Source: Candidatus Saccharimonadota bacterium (GTDB lineage: Bacteria > Bacteroidota > Bacteroidia > Flavobacteriales > Blattabacteriaceae). From it: a stretch of DNA of 32,000 nucleotides. The stretch is taken from contig NZ_CP021172.1 in NCBI RefSeq assembly GCF_002243425.1, positions 1-32,000 of the forward strand, in the 5' to 3' direction. Under the pieces are notes generated by a model. That model was not told the origin of the DNA. It ran no database searches and worked only from the letters and a program-made list of their open reading frames with translations. The position numbers and the translations under genes were made by a program. Shown in pieces: positions 20,877 through 29,430 of the stretch; the first letter of the stretch is position 1, and the number at the start of each line of letters is the position of its first letter.

Positions 20877-21632
20877 ATGTTTTTTAATAAAAAATTATGT
20901 CAATATTTTTTACATGATAAAAATATTGCTAAAAAAATAGTAAATAGTATTTCTTTTAAAGAATCAAAAACTATTGTAGAAATTGGTCCAGGTCTGGGAA
21001 TATTAACACAATATTTATTATTAAATAATAAAAATCTATTTCTTCTAGAAATAGATAAAAAATATGTTGAATATCTTAAAATTAAATATCCTATTATAAA
21101 AAATAATATTTTTAATAAAAATTTTTTAATTTGGACTCCAAAGGATTTTTTTTTAGATTCTTTTACATTAATTGGAAATTTTCCATATAAGATATCATCA
21201 CAAATATTGTTTAATATAATTAAATATCGTGAATATATACCAGAATGTATAGGAATGTTTCAAAAAGAAGTTGCTGATCGTATCACTTCCAAACATATGA
21301 ATAAATCATATGGAAAATTATCTGTAATAATGCAAGCCTTCTATAAAATAGAATACTTATTTACAGTTAATAATACTGTTTTTATACCCAAACCTATGGT
21401 AAAATCAGCAGTTGTAAGAATGTTAAAAAGAAAAGATAATCTTCTTATTAAAGAAGATATTTTTCTTAAAATAGTTAAAACAGCTTTTCTTTATAGAAGA
21501 AAAAAATTATATAATTCATTAAAAAAATTATCGTTATCTTCTGAGTTTTATAAAAATCCTCTTTTGAAAAAAAGAGTTGAACAATTATCTGTAAATGATT
21601 TTATTTTACTTACAAAATATGCTAGCTTTTAA
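20877..21632 (+). CDS. rsmA: 16S rRNA (adenine1518/1519-N6)-dimethyltransferase RsmA/KsgA
   Basis: 251-aa ORF with the SAM motif VEIGPGLGILT, GNFPYKISS and C-terminal RVEQLSVNDF. Confidence 0.9.
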   Translation: MFFNKKLCQYFLHDKNIAKKIVNSISFKESKTIVEIGPGLGILTQYLLLNNKNLFLLEIDKKYVEYLKIKYPIIKNNIFNKNFLIWTPKDFFLDSFTLIGNFPYKISSQILFNIIKYREYIPECIGMFQKEVADRITSKHMNKSYGKLSVIMQAFYKIEYLFTVNNTVFIPKPMVKSAVVRMLKRKDNLLIKEDIFLKIVKTAFLYRRKKLYNSLKKLSLSSEFYKNPLLKKRVEQLSVNDFILLTKYASF

Positions 21633-21634
21633 AA

Positions 21635-21659
21635 AATTTTGTTTTTTAAAAACAAAATT
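21635..21659 (+). terminator. Perfect AT-rich palindrome just after the rsmA stop (possible weak terminator hairpin)
   Basis: aattttgttttt [t] aaaaacaaaatt. The 12-nt arms are exact reverse complements with only one G:C pair. The usable stem is about 10 bp once a loop is allowed. It lies between rsmA and tRNA-Met. Confidence 0.25.
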
Positions 21660-21672
21660 GTATATTTATAAT

Positions 21673-21746
<74 letters not shown>

Positions 21747-21764
21747 CTTGTAGAGGGGTTAAAG

Positions 21765-21839
21765 CTCCTCAAGCTGGATTCGAACCAGCGACACCCTGAT
21801 TAACAGTCAGGTGCTCTAACCAAACTGAGCTACTGAGGA
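21765..21839 (-). tRNA. tRNA-Asn (GUU)
   Basis: The reverse complement reads TCCTCAG-TA-GCTC-AGTTTGGTTA-GAGC-A-CCTGA-CTGTTAA-TCAGG-GTGTC-GCTGG-TTCGAAT-CCAGC-TTGAGGA-G. This gives a complete cloverleaf. Confidence 0.9.
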
Positions 21840-21983
21840 ATTTGATTTGTTATATTACAAATATAATTTAGATTTTTTTAAAAGTATTTCATTTATTTTT
21901 AATGAAAAATCTAAAAAAACTATTTTAACAATAGCATGATTTTCAATATCGAAAATCGCTTTATTTATTTACATGCTTATTTT

Positions 21984-22299
21984 TTATAGATTTTTTATGT
22001 TTATATATAAACAAAAATTAGACCACTTAAATCTATTATAAGTAATAGGTATATGTATATCTTTTATAACATTGTAAATAAAAGCTTTTATAAAAATTTC
22101 TAATAAAAATCTTAAAAATTGTTTTTGTTTTTCTTTACTCCAAAAATTTATTTCTGATCCAGGAAACAAAATTAGATTCTAAATCTTGTATATTATTTGA
22201 TAATTTGAAAGCTCCTTCTGATTTATAAGCTCTTAATTTTGATTTAAAAATCTCAGTATTATCTTTTTTTATATAATTAAAAGAATATTTATTAAACAA
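21984..22299 (-). pseudogene. Possible remnant of the C-terminal half of DNA polymerase III delta-prime (holB-like); tentative
   Basis: Two minus-strand fragments lie in different frames. They read LFNKYSFNYIKKDNTEIFKSKLRAYKSEGAFKLSNNIQDLESNFVSWIRNKFLE* and FPGSEINFWSKEKQKQFLRFLLEIFIKAFIYNV.... The WxxxxREQQKxFL...RxAxxxNY pattern is recalled from flavobacterial HolB C-termini. There is no AAA+ N-terminal half and no ATG. Confidence 0.3.
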
Positions 22300-22390
22300 C
22301 TATTTTAGTAACATAGATATAAAAACATATTAATAACATGTATACAAATAAATAGATATTATTGTTAATGTAATTTTTAAAAAATAACAT

Positions 22391-22410
22391 AACTAGTTGG
22401 AAAACTAGTT
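22391..22410 (-). terminator. 8-bp stem hairpin downstream of glnS (possible terminator)
   Basis: aactagtt-ggaa-aactagtt, where each arm is self-complementary so the arms pair with each other. It lies 46 nt downstream of the glnS stop on the minus strand. On that strand it is followed by AUGUUAUUUUUU. Confidence 0.3.
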
Positions 22411-22455
22411 GTATTATTAAATACACTAAAATTAATTTTTTTATCATATATTTTT

Positions 22456-24093
22456 TTATTTTAAACTTACTGTTTTATTAAATATAATTGTTTTTTTATT
22501 ACTTGTTTTATCTAAACAAAAATATCCAATACGTTGAAATTGAAATTTATCTTTAATAGTAGCTGTCTTTAACGAAGGTTCTGCATATGCCATTTTAGTT
22601 TTTAAAGAATCATGATTGAGAAAATCAATAAATTTTTTAGATTTTTCAGGAATTTTTTCTATAAAGATTTTATCAAATATATTTATTTTAATTTTTAAAG
22701 CATGAATTTTAGATACCCAATGTAATGTAGATTTTATTTTTCTTTTACTTGATAAACCAGTTTTAGATAAACTATTTTTATCATAAGTACAATATACACT
22801 TTTAATGCTACCATCTAGATTACGAGATATATTATTAGCTTTTAATATATAAGCATTTTTTAAACGTACTTCTTTCCCTAAAGATAATCTGAAAAAATTT
22901 GTTTTATTTTTTTCCATAAAATCTTCACTCTCTATATAGAGAAATTTTGAAAAAGGTATTTTTCTATAAGTTTTTTTTCTGTCTTCAGGATTATTTTCAG
23001 CATTTAACCATTCTACTTTAAAAGTAGGATAATTTTCAATTATTATTAATAATGGATTTATTACAACCATTACTCTAGATGAAATTTTATTTAAATGTTT
23101 TCGAATACTAAATTCTAGAATAGATATATCGATATGATTATATCGTTTGGATATTCCAATTTTTTTAATAAAATATTTAATTGATTCTGGAGTATAACCT
23201 CTTCTTCTAAGTCCTGATAGGGTAGGCATTCTTTGATCATCCCATCCAGTTACAAGATTTTGTTTTACTAAAATTTGTAACTTTCTTTTACTTAAAACAT
23301 TATAATTTAGATTTAATCTAGAAAATTCATATTGTCTAGGTGTTAGACTATTTTTTTTCTTTATATTATAAATATACCAATTATATAATTGTTTATGATT
23401 TTCAAACTCAAAAGAACATAAAGAATGTGATATATTTTCTATATAATCTGATTGCCCATGTGTCCAATCATAAGTAGGATAAATACACCATTTATTTTTT
23501 GTTCTATAATGTAATTTTTTTTTTATAATACGATACATTATAGGATCTCTAAGATTCATGTTTGGTGATTTCATATCTATTTTAGCACGTAAAACACAAT
23601 CACCGTCATCAAAATATCCATTTTTCATTTTTTTAAATAAAAAAATATTTTCTTTTATAGATCTATTCCTATAGGGACTCTCTATACCATCTTCATAAGG
23701 ATTTTTTCTTTGTTCTTGTATTTTATATTGTTTTTGATCATCTACATAAGCTTTTCCTTTTTCTATAATTACTTTAGCTAAGTCATAAAGTTTATAAAAA
23801 TAATTAGAAGCATAAGTTACTTTATTACATTTAAAACCTAACCAAAAAATATCTTTTTTTATATAATTAATAAATTTTTTTTCTTCTTCTATTGGATTAG
23901 TATCATCAAATCTTAATATTACTGAAGCTTTATATTTTTCTGCTAATTTAAAATTTAAATAAATAGATTTAGCATGACCAATATGTAAATAACCATTAGG
24001 TTCTGGAGGAAATCTAAAAATTAATTTTTTTTTAGGAAATCCTGACTCTAAATCTTTTTCTATAATTTTATCGAAAATATCTTTTATTTTCAT
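22456..24093 (-). CDS. glnS: Glutaminyl-tRNA synthetase
   Basis: 545-aa ORF with the HIGH motif PEPNGYLHIGHAKS, RFDDTNP, YPTYDWTHGQSD and the MSK-type motif VLSKRKL. Confidence 0.93.
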   Translation of the reverse strand: MKIKDIFDKIIEKDLESGFPKKKLIFRFPPEPNGYLHIGHAKSIYLNFKLAEKYKASVILRFDDTNPIEEEKKFINYIKKDIFWLGFKCNKVTYASNYFYKLYDLAKVIIEKGKAYVDDQKQYKIQEQRKNPYEDGIESPYRNRSIKENIFLFKKMKNGYFDDGDCVLRAKIDMKSPNMNLRDPIMYRIIKKKLHYRTKNKWCIYPTYDWTHGQSDYIENISHSLCSFEFENHKQLYNWYIYNIKKKNSLTPRQYEFSRLNLNYNVLSKRKLQILVKQNLVTGWDDQRMPTLSGLRRRGYTPESIKYFIKKIGISKRYNHIDISILEFSIRKHLNKISSRVMVVINPLLIIIENYPTFKVEWLNAENNPEDRKKTYRKIPFSKFLYIESEDFMEKNKTNFFRLSLGKEVRLKNAYILKANNISRNLDGSIKSVYCTYDKNSLSKTGLSSKRKIKSTLHWVSKIHALKIKINIFDKIFIEKIPEKSKKFIDFLNHDSLKTKMAYAEPSLKTATIKDKFQFQRIGYFCLDKTSNKKTIIFNKTVSLK

Positions 24094-24098
24094 AATAT

Positions 24099-25934
24099 TT
24101 ATTTTTTTATTAAAAAAAGAATTAAAATCCTTATATCTGAAGGAGATACTCCACTTATTCTAGATGCTTCTCCTATAGAATTTGGTTTATAATTTAATAA
24201 TTTTTCCCTAGCTTCTATTGATATTGATTTTACTTGATTATAATCAAAATCATTTGGTATACGTATAGATTCTAATCTATACATTTTTTTTACATTTTCT
24301 TCTTCTTTTAGAAGATAGCCTTTATATTTAATATAAAGAGATATTTGTTCTAAAATTTTTTTATCTATATTATTTTTTTTTATAAAATTTTTTATTAAAG
24401 ATAATTTAATTATATCATATATAGATATTTCTGGCCTAGATAATAAATCACATATTTTAATATTTTCTTTTAAAATTAAATGATTTGCTTTATTAATTTT
24501 AAAAAATAAAAAACATTGTTTTTTATTTTTATTTTTATTTTTTAGTTTTTTGATTCTATCATAACTAACTAATCCTAGATTAATCCCCATAGGGGTTAAT
24601 CTTTCATCAGCATTATCTTGTCTTAATAATATTCTATATTCAGCTCTTGAAGTGAACATTCTATATGGTTCTTCTGTACCTTTATAAATTAAATCATCAA
24701 TAAGTACACCTATATATGCTTCATTACGTTTAAGAATAAATGGATCTTTTTCATTAATTTTTAAATTAGCATTTATTCCTGCTATTAATCCTTGTGCTGC
24801 TGCTTCTTCATATCCTGTAGTTCCATTTATTTGGCCAGCAAAAAAAAGATTTTCAATTAATTTTGTTTCTAAATTATTTTTTAATTGTGTAGGAGGAAAA
24901 TAATCATATTCTATAGCATATCCTGGCCTAACCATTTTTGCGTTTTCAAAACCAGGAATTGTTAATAATGCTTTATATTGAACTTCTTCTGGCATAGAAG
25001 TAGAAAATCCATTAATATAAACTTCTATAGTGTTGACCCCTTCTGGTTCTACAAAGATTTGATGATTTTCTTTATTAGAAAATCTATATACCTTTTCTTC
25101 AATAGAAGGACAATATCTAGGACCTACACATTTAATTTTTCCATTAAAAATAGGAGATCTATTAAATTCTTTACTTAATAATTTGTGAGTTTCTAAATTT
25201 GTATGTGTAATATAACATTTTTTTTGTTTTAAAATATTTAAATTACTTAAATAAGAAAAAGGTTCTATTGGAAAATCTCCTAATTGTTCAATCATTTTAG
25301 AAAAATCTAAAGAACGGCTATCTAATCTAGGAGAGGTTCCCGTTTTCATTCTTCCTGAGAAAAATCCAATTTTTTTTAATTTTTCTGTTAATCCTTTTAC
25401 TGAATTTTCTGAAATTCTTCCTCCACTATTTTTTTTATCTCCTATATGAATAATACCATTTAAAAATGTTCCATTTGTAAGAATTACTGATTTACTTTTA
25501 ATATAAATCCCAAGAATTGTTTTAACTCCAATGACTTTATAATTTTTTATAATTAAATCAACAACTGTAGATTGAAAAAAATCTAAATTTTTTTTTTTTT
25601 CTAAAGTTAAACGCCATTCTTTAGAAAATTTTAGTCTATCACATTGTGCTCTTGGACTCCACATTGCAGCCCCTTTAGATTTATTTAACATTCTAAATTG
25701 AATCATACTTTTATCGGTTATTATTCCAGAATAACCTCCTAATGCATCAATTTCTTTAATCATTTGCCCTTTTGCAATTCCTCCAATTGCTGGATTACAT
25801 GACATTTGTCCTATATTATAGAAATTTGTTGTAATTAATAAAGTATTTGATCCTAGATTAGAAGCAGCTAAAGCTGCTTCTGATCCAGAATGTCCACCAC
25901 CTACTACAATTACATCATATTGTTTAACAAACAT
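24099..25934 (-). CDS. mnmG: tRNA uridine 5-carboxymethylaminomethyl modification enzyme MnmG (GidA)
   Basis: 611-aa ORF with the FAD motif YDVIVVGGGHSGSEAA, SCNPAIGG, GPRYCPSIE and GQINGTTGYEEAAAQG. Confidence 0.95.
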   Translation of the reverse strand: MFVKQYDVIVVGGGHSGSEAALAASNLGSNTLLITTNFYNIGQMSCNPAIGGIAKGQMIKEIDALGGYSGIITDKSMIQFRMLNKSKGAAMWSPRAQCDRLKFSKEWRLTLEKKKNLDFFQSTVVDLIIKNYKVIGVKTILGIYIKSKSVILTNGTFLNGIIHIGDKKNSGGRISENSVKGLTEKLKKIGFFSGRMKTGTSPRLDSRSLDFSKMIEQLGDFPIEPFSYLSNLNILKQKKCYITHTNLETHKLLSKEFNRSPIFNGKIKCVGPRYCPSIEEKVYRFSNKENHQIFVEPEGVNTIEVYINGFSTSMPEEVQYKALLTIPGFENAKMVRPGYAIEYDYFPPTQLKNNLETKLIENLFFAGQINGTTGYEEAAAQGLIAGINANLKINEKDPFILKRNEAYIGVLIDDLIYKGTEEPYRMFTSRAEYRILLRQDNADERLTPMGINLGLVSYDRIKKLKNKNKNKKQCFLFFKINKANHLILKENIKICDLLSRPEISIYDIIKLSLIKNFIKKNNIDKKILEQISLYIKYKGYLLKEEENVKKMYRLESIRIPNDFDYNQVKSISIEAREKLLNYKPNSIGEASRISGVSPSDIRILILFLIKK

Positions 25935-26349
25935 ATTTTTTTTTTAAAAAAAATAAATAAATATCTTCTTTTTTAGACATTATATATTTTTCAGTTTCTT
26001 TTTTATCTTTATATCCTATTAAATGTAATACAGCATGTATAATAACACGTTTTAATTCATCATAAAATGATTTTTTCAATTTTAAAGAATTATATTTAAT
26101 TCTTTTTATGCTAATAAATATATCTCCATCTAGATTTTTATCTTCAGAATTATCAAAAGTTATAACATCTGTATAATAATTTTTATTAAGATATTTATTA
26201 TTAATATTAATCAAATATTGATCATCACAAAAAATAAAATTTAGTTCTTTTATAAATTTATTTTCTTTACTTACAACAAAAAAAATCCATTTTGAAAAAT
26301 AAAATTCATTATATAAATGAAATTTTGTTTCATAATAATAATTTATCAT
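25924..26349 (-). CDS. ybeY: Endoribonuclease YbeY
   Basis: 141-aa ORF with the metal-site region IIHAVLHLIGYKD. It overlaps the mnmG start by 11 nt. Confidence 0.85.
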   Translation of the reverse strand: MINYYYETKFHLYNEFYFSKWIFFVVSKENKFIKELNFIFCDDQYLININNKYLNKNYYTDVITFDNSEDKNLDGDIFISIKRIKYNSLKLKKSFYDELKRVIIHAVLHLIGYKDKKETEKYIMSKKEDIYLFFLKKKYVC

Positions 26350-26351
26350 TA

Positions 26352-26808
26352 ATCCATCTTGTTCCTACACCTATAGGTAATTTAGAAGATCTCACTTTTA
26401 GAGCAGTTCGTATTATAAAAATTTATTAAATTTTTTTAAAATAAAAAATAATATATTATCATATATATAATGAACATAACTGAACATAACATATAATAAT
26501 ATAGCTTTAATTGCTGATGCTGGTACACCTATTATATCTGATCCAGGTTTTTTATTAGTAAGACATTGCATAAAAAATAATATAACTTGTCTTCCAGTAG
26601 AAATCACCCAGCATTAATAGGTTTTTCGATAAATGAATTTCCATTTATTGGATTTTTACCGCATAAAAAAGGTAAAGAAAAAAAAATCAAAACAATAATT
26701 ATTTATGAAAGTCCTATTTTAAATACTTTATATATAATAAAAAATTATATAGGAAATATAGAAAAACAAACTATTATAGGTATTCTGTTACAGAATATAT
26801 ATATCTAG
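26352..26808 (+). pseudogene. rsmI: Remnant of 16S rRNA (cytidine1402-2'-O)-methyltransferase RsmI
   Basis: The fragments are collinear with RsmI across stops and frameshifts. They read IHLVPTPIGNLEDLTFRAVRIIKNL, then EHN, then IALIADAGTPIISDPGFLLVRHCIKNNITCLP, then PALIGFSINEFPFIGFLPHKKGKEKKIKTIIIYESP. A 10-bp tandem duplication lies at 26471-26490. There is no start codon. Confidence 0.8.
26471..26490. repeat. 10-bp exact tandem duplication (tgaacataac x2) inside the rsmI remnant
   Basis: Read directly from the sequence. The unit length is not a multiple of 3, so the duplication shifts the frame. Confidence 0.9.
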
Positions 26809-26847
26809 AATGAATTTGTTATAATCTTACAAGGTAAGACTAGACAG

Positions 26848-26918
26848 AGGCACTGAGTGGATTTGAACCACTGTAAAAGGTTTTGCAGACCTCTGCCTTG
26901 CCACTCGGCCACAGTGCC
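26848..26918 (-). tRNA. tRNA-Cys (GCA)
   Basis: The reverse complement reads GGCACTG-TG-GCC-GAGTGGCAA-GGC-A-GAGGT-CTGCAAA-ACCTT-TTAC-AGTGG-TTCAAAT-CCACT-CAGTGCC-T. The discriminator is U73, as expected for tRNA-Cys. Confidence 0.88.
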
Positions 26919-26986
26919 TTTTTGTAAAATAAATGTATAATTGTAAAAAGTAATATATTTAATTATATATAATTAATTTTTTTTAT

Positions 26987-27898
26987 ATGAATAAAAAAGC
27001 TATTTTATTTTCTACCAGAAAAAGTTTACACATTTCAAAAGAAATAGCTCATTATTATGGTGATATTTTAGGTAAAATCAATTTTTTGGAGTTTAGTGAT
27101 GGAGAATATGAACCATCTTTTGAACAATCTGTTAGAGGGGCTAGTGTATTTTTAATTGGATCTACTATGCCTCCAGCTGATAATCTTATGGAACTATTAC
27201 TTATGTGCGATGCAGCAAAGCGTTCTTTTGCAAGAAATATTACATTGGTTATACCATATTTTGGGTGGGGGAGACAAGATAGAAAAGAAAAAAACAGAGT
27301 TCCTATTGGAGCAAAATTAGTATCTAATCTAATTACAGCTTCTGGAGCTACAAGAGTAATTACAATGGATTTGCATGCTGATCAAATACAAGGATTTTTT
27401 GAAATTCCTCTAGAAAATTTATATGCTTCTACTTTATTTATAGAGTATATCAAACAATTGAAATTAGATTGTTTAACAATTGCTTCTCCAGATCTGGGAG
27501 GAGTAAAACGTGCAAGAAGCTATGCTGGATATTTAAATGCTGATGTAGTAATATGTTATAAAGAAAGAAAAAAAGCTAATAATATAGATTTAATGAATCT
27601 TATTGGAAATGTAAAAAATAAAAATGTAATTATTGTAGATGATTTAGTAGATACAGCAGACACAATTTTAATAGCATCAAATCTTATGAAAGAACAAGGT
27701 GCTAAAAGTATTCGTGCAATTGCCACTCATCCAATATTGTCAGGGTATGCATATGAGAAAATAGAAAATTCTTCTCTACAAGAACTTGTAGTTACTAATA
27801 CAATTAAATTAAATTATAAAAAATTTTCAAAAAAAATAACAATTTTAAATTGTGCTAAACTTTTAGCACAATTTATGCATAAAAACTCAAAAATATGA
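26987..27898 (+). CDS. prs: Ribose-phosphate pyrophosphokinase (PRPP synthetase)
   Basis: 303-aa ORF with IPYFGWGRQDRK, DLHADQIQGFF, SPDLGGVKRA and the PRPP-binding loop VIIVDDLVDTADT. Confidence 0.93.
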   Translation: MNKKAILFSTRKSLHISKEIAHYYGDILGKINFLEFSDGEYEPSFEQSVRGASVFLIGSTMPPADNLMELLLMCDAAKRSFARNITLVIPYFGWGRQDRKEKNRVPIGAKLVSNLITASGATRVITMDLHADQIQGFFEIPLENLYASTLFIEYIKQLKLDCLTIASPDLGGVKRARSYAGYLNADVVICYKERKKANNIDLMNLIGNVKNKNVIIVDDLVDTADTILIASNLMKEQGAKSIRAIATHPILSGYAYEKIENSSLQELVVTNTIKLNYKKFSKKITILNCAKLLAQFMHKNSKI

Positions 27899-28461
27899 AT
27901 TGTGTAAACCTTCAAGGAAAAAAAAAACATTTTTTAAAAAAGATAAATAATCGTGAATTAAGAAATTCTGGTTATATTCCTTGCATAGTATATGGTCTAA
28001 ATAAAAATAGAAAATTTTATATTTTATTATCAATACTAAAAAAAGTTATTTATACTTTTAAAGTATATAAAGTTATTTTAGAAATAAAAAATGAATATAA
28101 AATTGAAGCTCTTCTAAAAGAAATACAATTTAACCCAATAAATGATGATGTCATACATGTAGATTTTTATGAATTAAAAAAAAAGAAATATATTATTATT
28201 TCAGTACCAATAATATCTGTAGGCCATTCTTTAGGAGTCTCTAAAGGAGGTGAATATCAAATTTTTATAAAAAAAATAAACTTAAAAGTCATTCCTGAAT
28301 TTCTATTATATCAGATGGATCTAGATATTAGTAATTTAGATATAGGAGATAATTTATCTATAAAAAATATATATAATCCTAAGTATATTATACTTCATAA
28401 TTGGAATGATGTAATAGCATCAGTAAAATCGTCTAAAACTTCTATAAAAGAAGGAGATTAA
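27895..28461 (+). CDS. rplY: 50S ribosomal protein L25 (Ctc form)
   Basis: 188-aa ORF with RELRNSGYIPCIVYG and IQFNPINDDVIHVDF. It overlaps the prs stop as ATGA. Confidence 0.8.
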   Translation: MNCVNLQGKKKHFLKKINNRELRNSGYIPCIVYGLNKNRKFYILLSILKKVIYTFKVYKVILEIKNEYKIEALLKEIQFNPINDDVIHVDFYELKKKKYIIISVPIISVGHSLGVSKGGEYQIFIKKINLKVIPEFLLYQMDLDISNLDIGDNLSIKNIYNPKYIILHNWNDVIASVKSSKTSIKEGD

Positions 28462-28582
28462 AAAGCAGATATAATAAAAATTATTATAGGAGCAAGAACA
28501 TGTAATTTTTTATATTGAAGCAATATTCCCAATTCATAAAGAATCTTCTTTATTTTTTTTATAAATTTATTCCTGGTTATCC

Positions 28583-29425
28583 TTATATACCTCCAATTAT
28601 TTCAAGTATTTCTTTTGTAATATTTTCTTTTCTTAATTTATTATAAATAAATAATAATTCATTATTTATTTTAATACCATTATCTTTTGCTTTATGCATA
28701 GCTATCATTCTTGATAAATGTTCTGAAGTTATTGATTCTAATATAGATTTATATATATTAATTTTTATTATTTCCGGAAATAAAGATTTTAATATTTCTT
28801 CTTCAGAAGGTTCAAAAATATAATTATTTTTATTATTTTCATTATTTTCATTATTTTCAATTTTAAATGGTAAAATTTGTTTAATTGAAATTAATTTGTT
28901 ACAATTGTAACTATTATATATAATTTTTATATTACTAAAATAACCATTTAAAAATTTTTTATAAATATCATCTATTATAGTAGATAAATTAATATAATTT
29001 ATCTTTTCAATTAAATCACTATTATATAAATAGATAGGATATTTTTTCTCTAAAAAATCCTTACCTATTTTTCCAATAGATAATATATATATTTGTTTTT
29101 TACATAAAAAAGATTCAATTAATTGATCTGTTTTTTTTAATAATAAATTATTAAAATATCCACAAAGTCCACGATTTGAGGTAATAACTATTAATAATAT
29201 AGGTTTTTTCTGATTATAAGGATTATAAGGATTATAAGGATAATAAGGATAATTATTTATTAATCTAAATATTTCTTCTATTTTTTTTTTATAAATTTTA
29301 CATTTATATATTTTATCTTGATATTTTTTTAATTTTACAGATGAAACCATTTTCATGGCATTTGTAATTTTTACAATAGAACTTACAGTCTTAACTCTAC
29401 CTATTATTTCTTTTAAATTATACAT
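28583..29425 (-). CDS. atpG: F0F1 ATP synthase gamma subunit
   Basis: 280-aa ORF with the N-terminus LKEIIGRVKTVSSIVKITNAMKMVSSVKLKK, ITSNRGLCG and the C-terminus LRKENITKEILEIIGG. It lies downstream of atpA. Confidence 0.88.
   Translation of the reverse strand: MYNLKEIIGRVKTVSSIVKITNAMKMVSSVKLKKYQDKIYKCKIYKKKIEEIFRLINNYPYYPYNPYNPYNQKKPILLIVITSNRGLCGYFNNLLLKKTDQLIESFLCKKQIYILSIGKIGKDFLEKKYPIYLYNSDLIEKINYINLSTIIDDIYKKFLNGYFSNIKIIYNSYNCNKLISIKQILPFKIENNENNENNKNNYIFEPSEEEILKSLFPEIIKINIYKSILESITSEHLSRMIAMHKAKDNGIKINNELLFIYNKLRKENITKEILEIIGGI
28832..28858. repeat. 9-bp in-frame tandem repeat (attattttc x3) in atpG
   Basis: The minus-strand translation is NEN NEN NEN, within IENNENNENNKNN. Confidence 0.85.
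29212..29247. repeat. 9-bp in-frame tandem repeat (gattataag x3 plus gataataag) in atpG
   Basis: The minus-strand translation is YPYYPYNPYNPYN. It sits immediately before the conserved ILLIVITSNRGLCG strand. Confidence 0.85.
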
Positions 29426-29430
29426 TAATT

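Noticed and set aside
21938-21957. Small hairpin gattttc-aatatc-gaaaatc in the tRNA-Asn/glnS spacer
   Set aside because: The stem is only 7 bp and mostly A/T, there is no adjacent U-tract, and it lies inside probable pseudogene debris. It is not distinguishable from chance.
24519-24544. Hexamer repeat (tttttа-type units) in mnmG encoding KNKNKNKK
   Set aside because: It is short, low complexity and typical of the composition. It is not clearly distinct from ordinary poly-A/T slippage and has no functional implication that I can support.
26413-26808. 64-aa minus-strand ORF and 73-aa plus-strand ORF as possible small novel genes
   Set aside because: The plus-strand ORF is the C-terminal fragment of the broken rsmI (PALIGFSINEFPFIGFLPHKKG...IIIYESP). 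The minus-strand ORF is simply the antisense of the AGTPIISDPGF segment.
28462-28582. Possible pth (peptidyl-tRNA hydrolase) remnant after rplY, from KIIIGARTCNF resembling the Pth N-terminus
   Set aside because: Only about 120 bp is available, and the resemblance rests on a handful of residues in AT-rich sequence. That is not enough to support a call.
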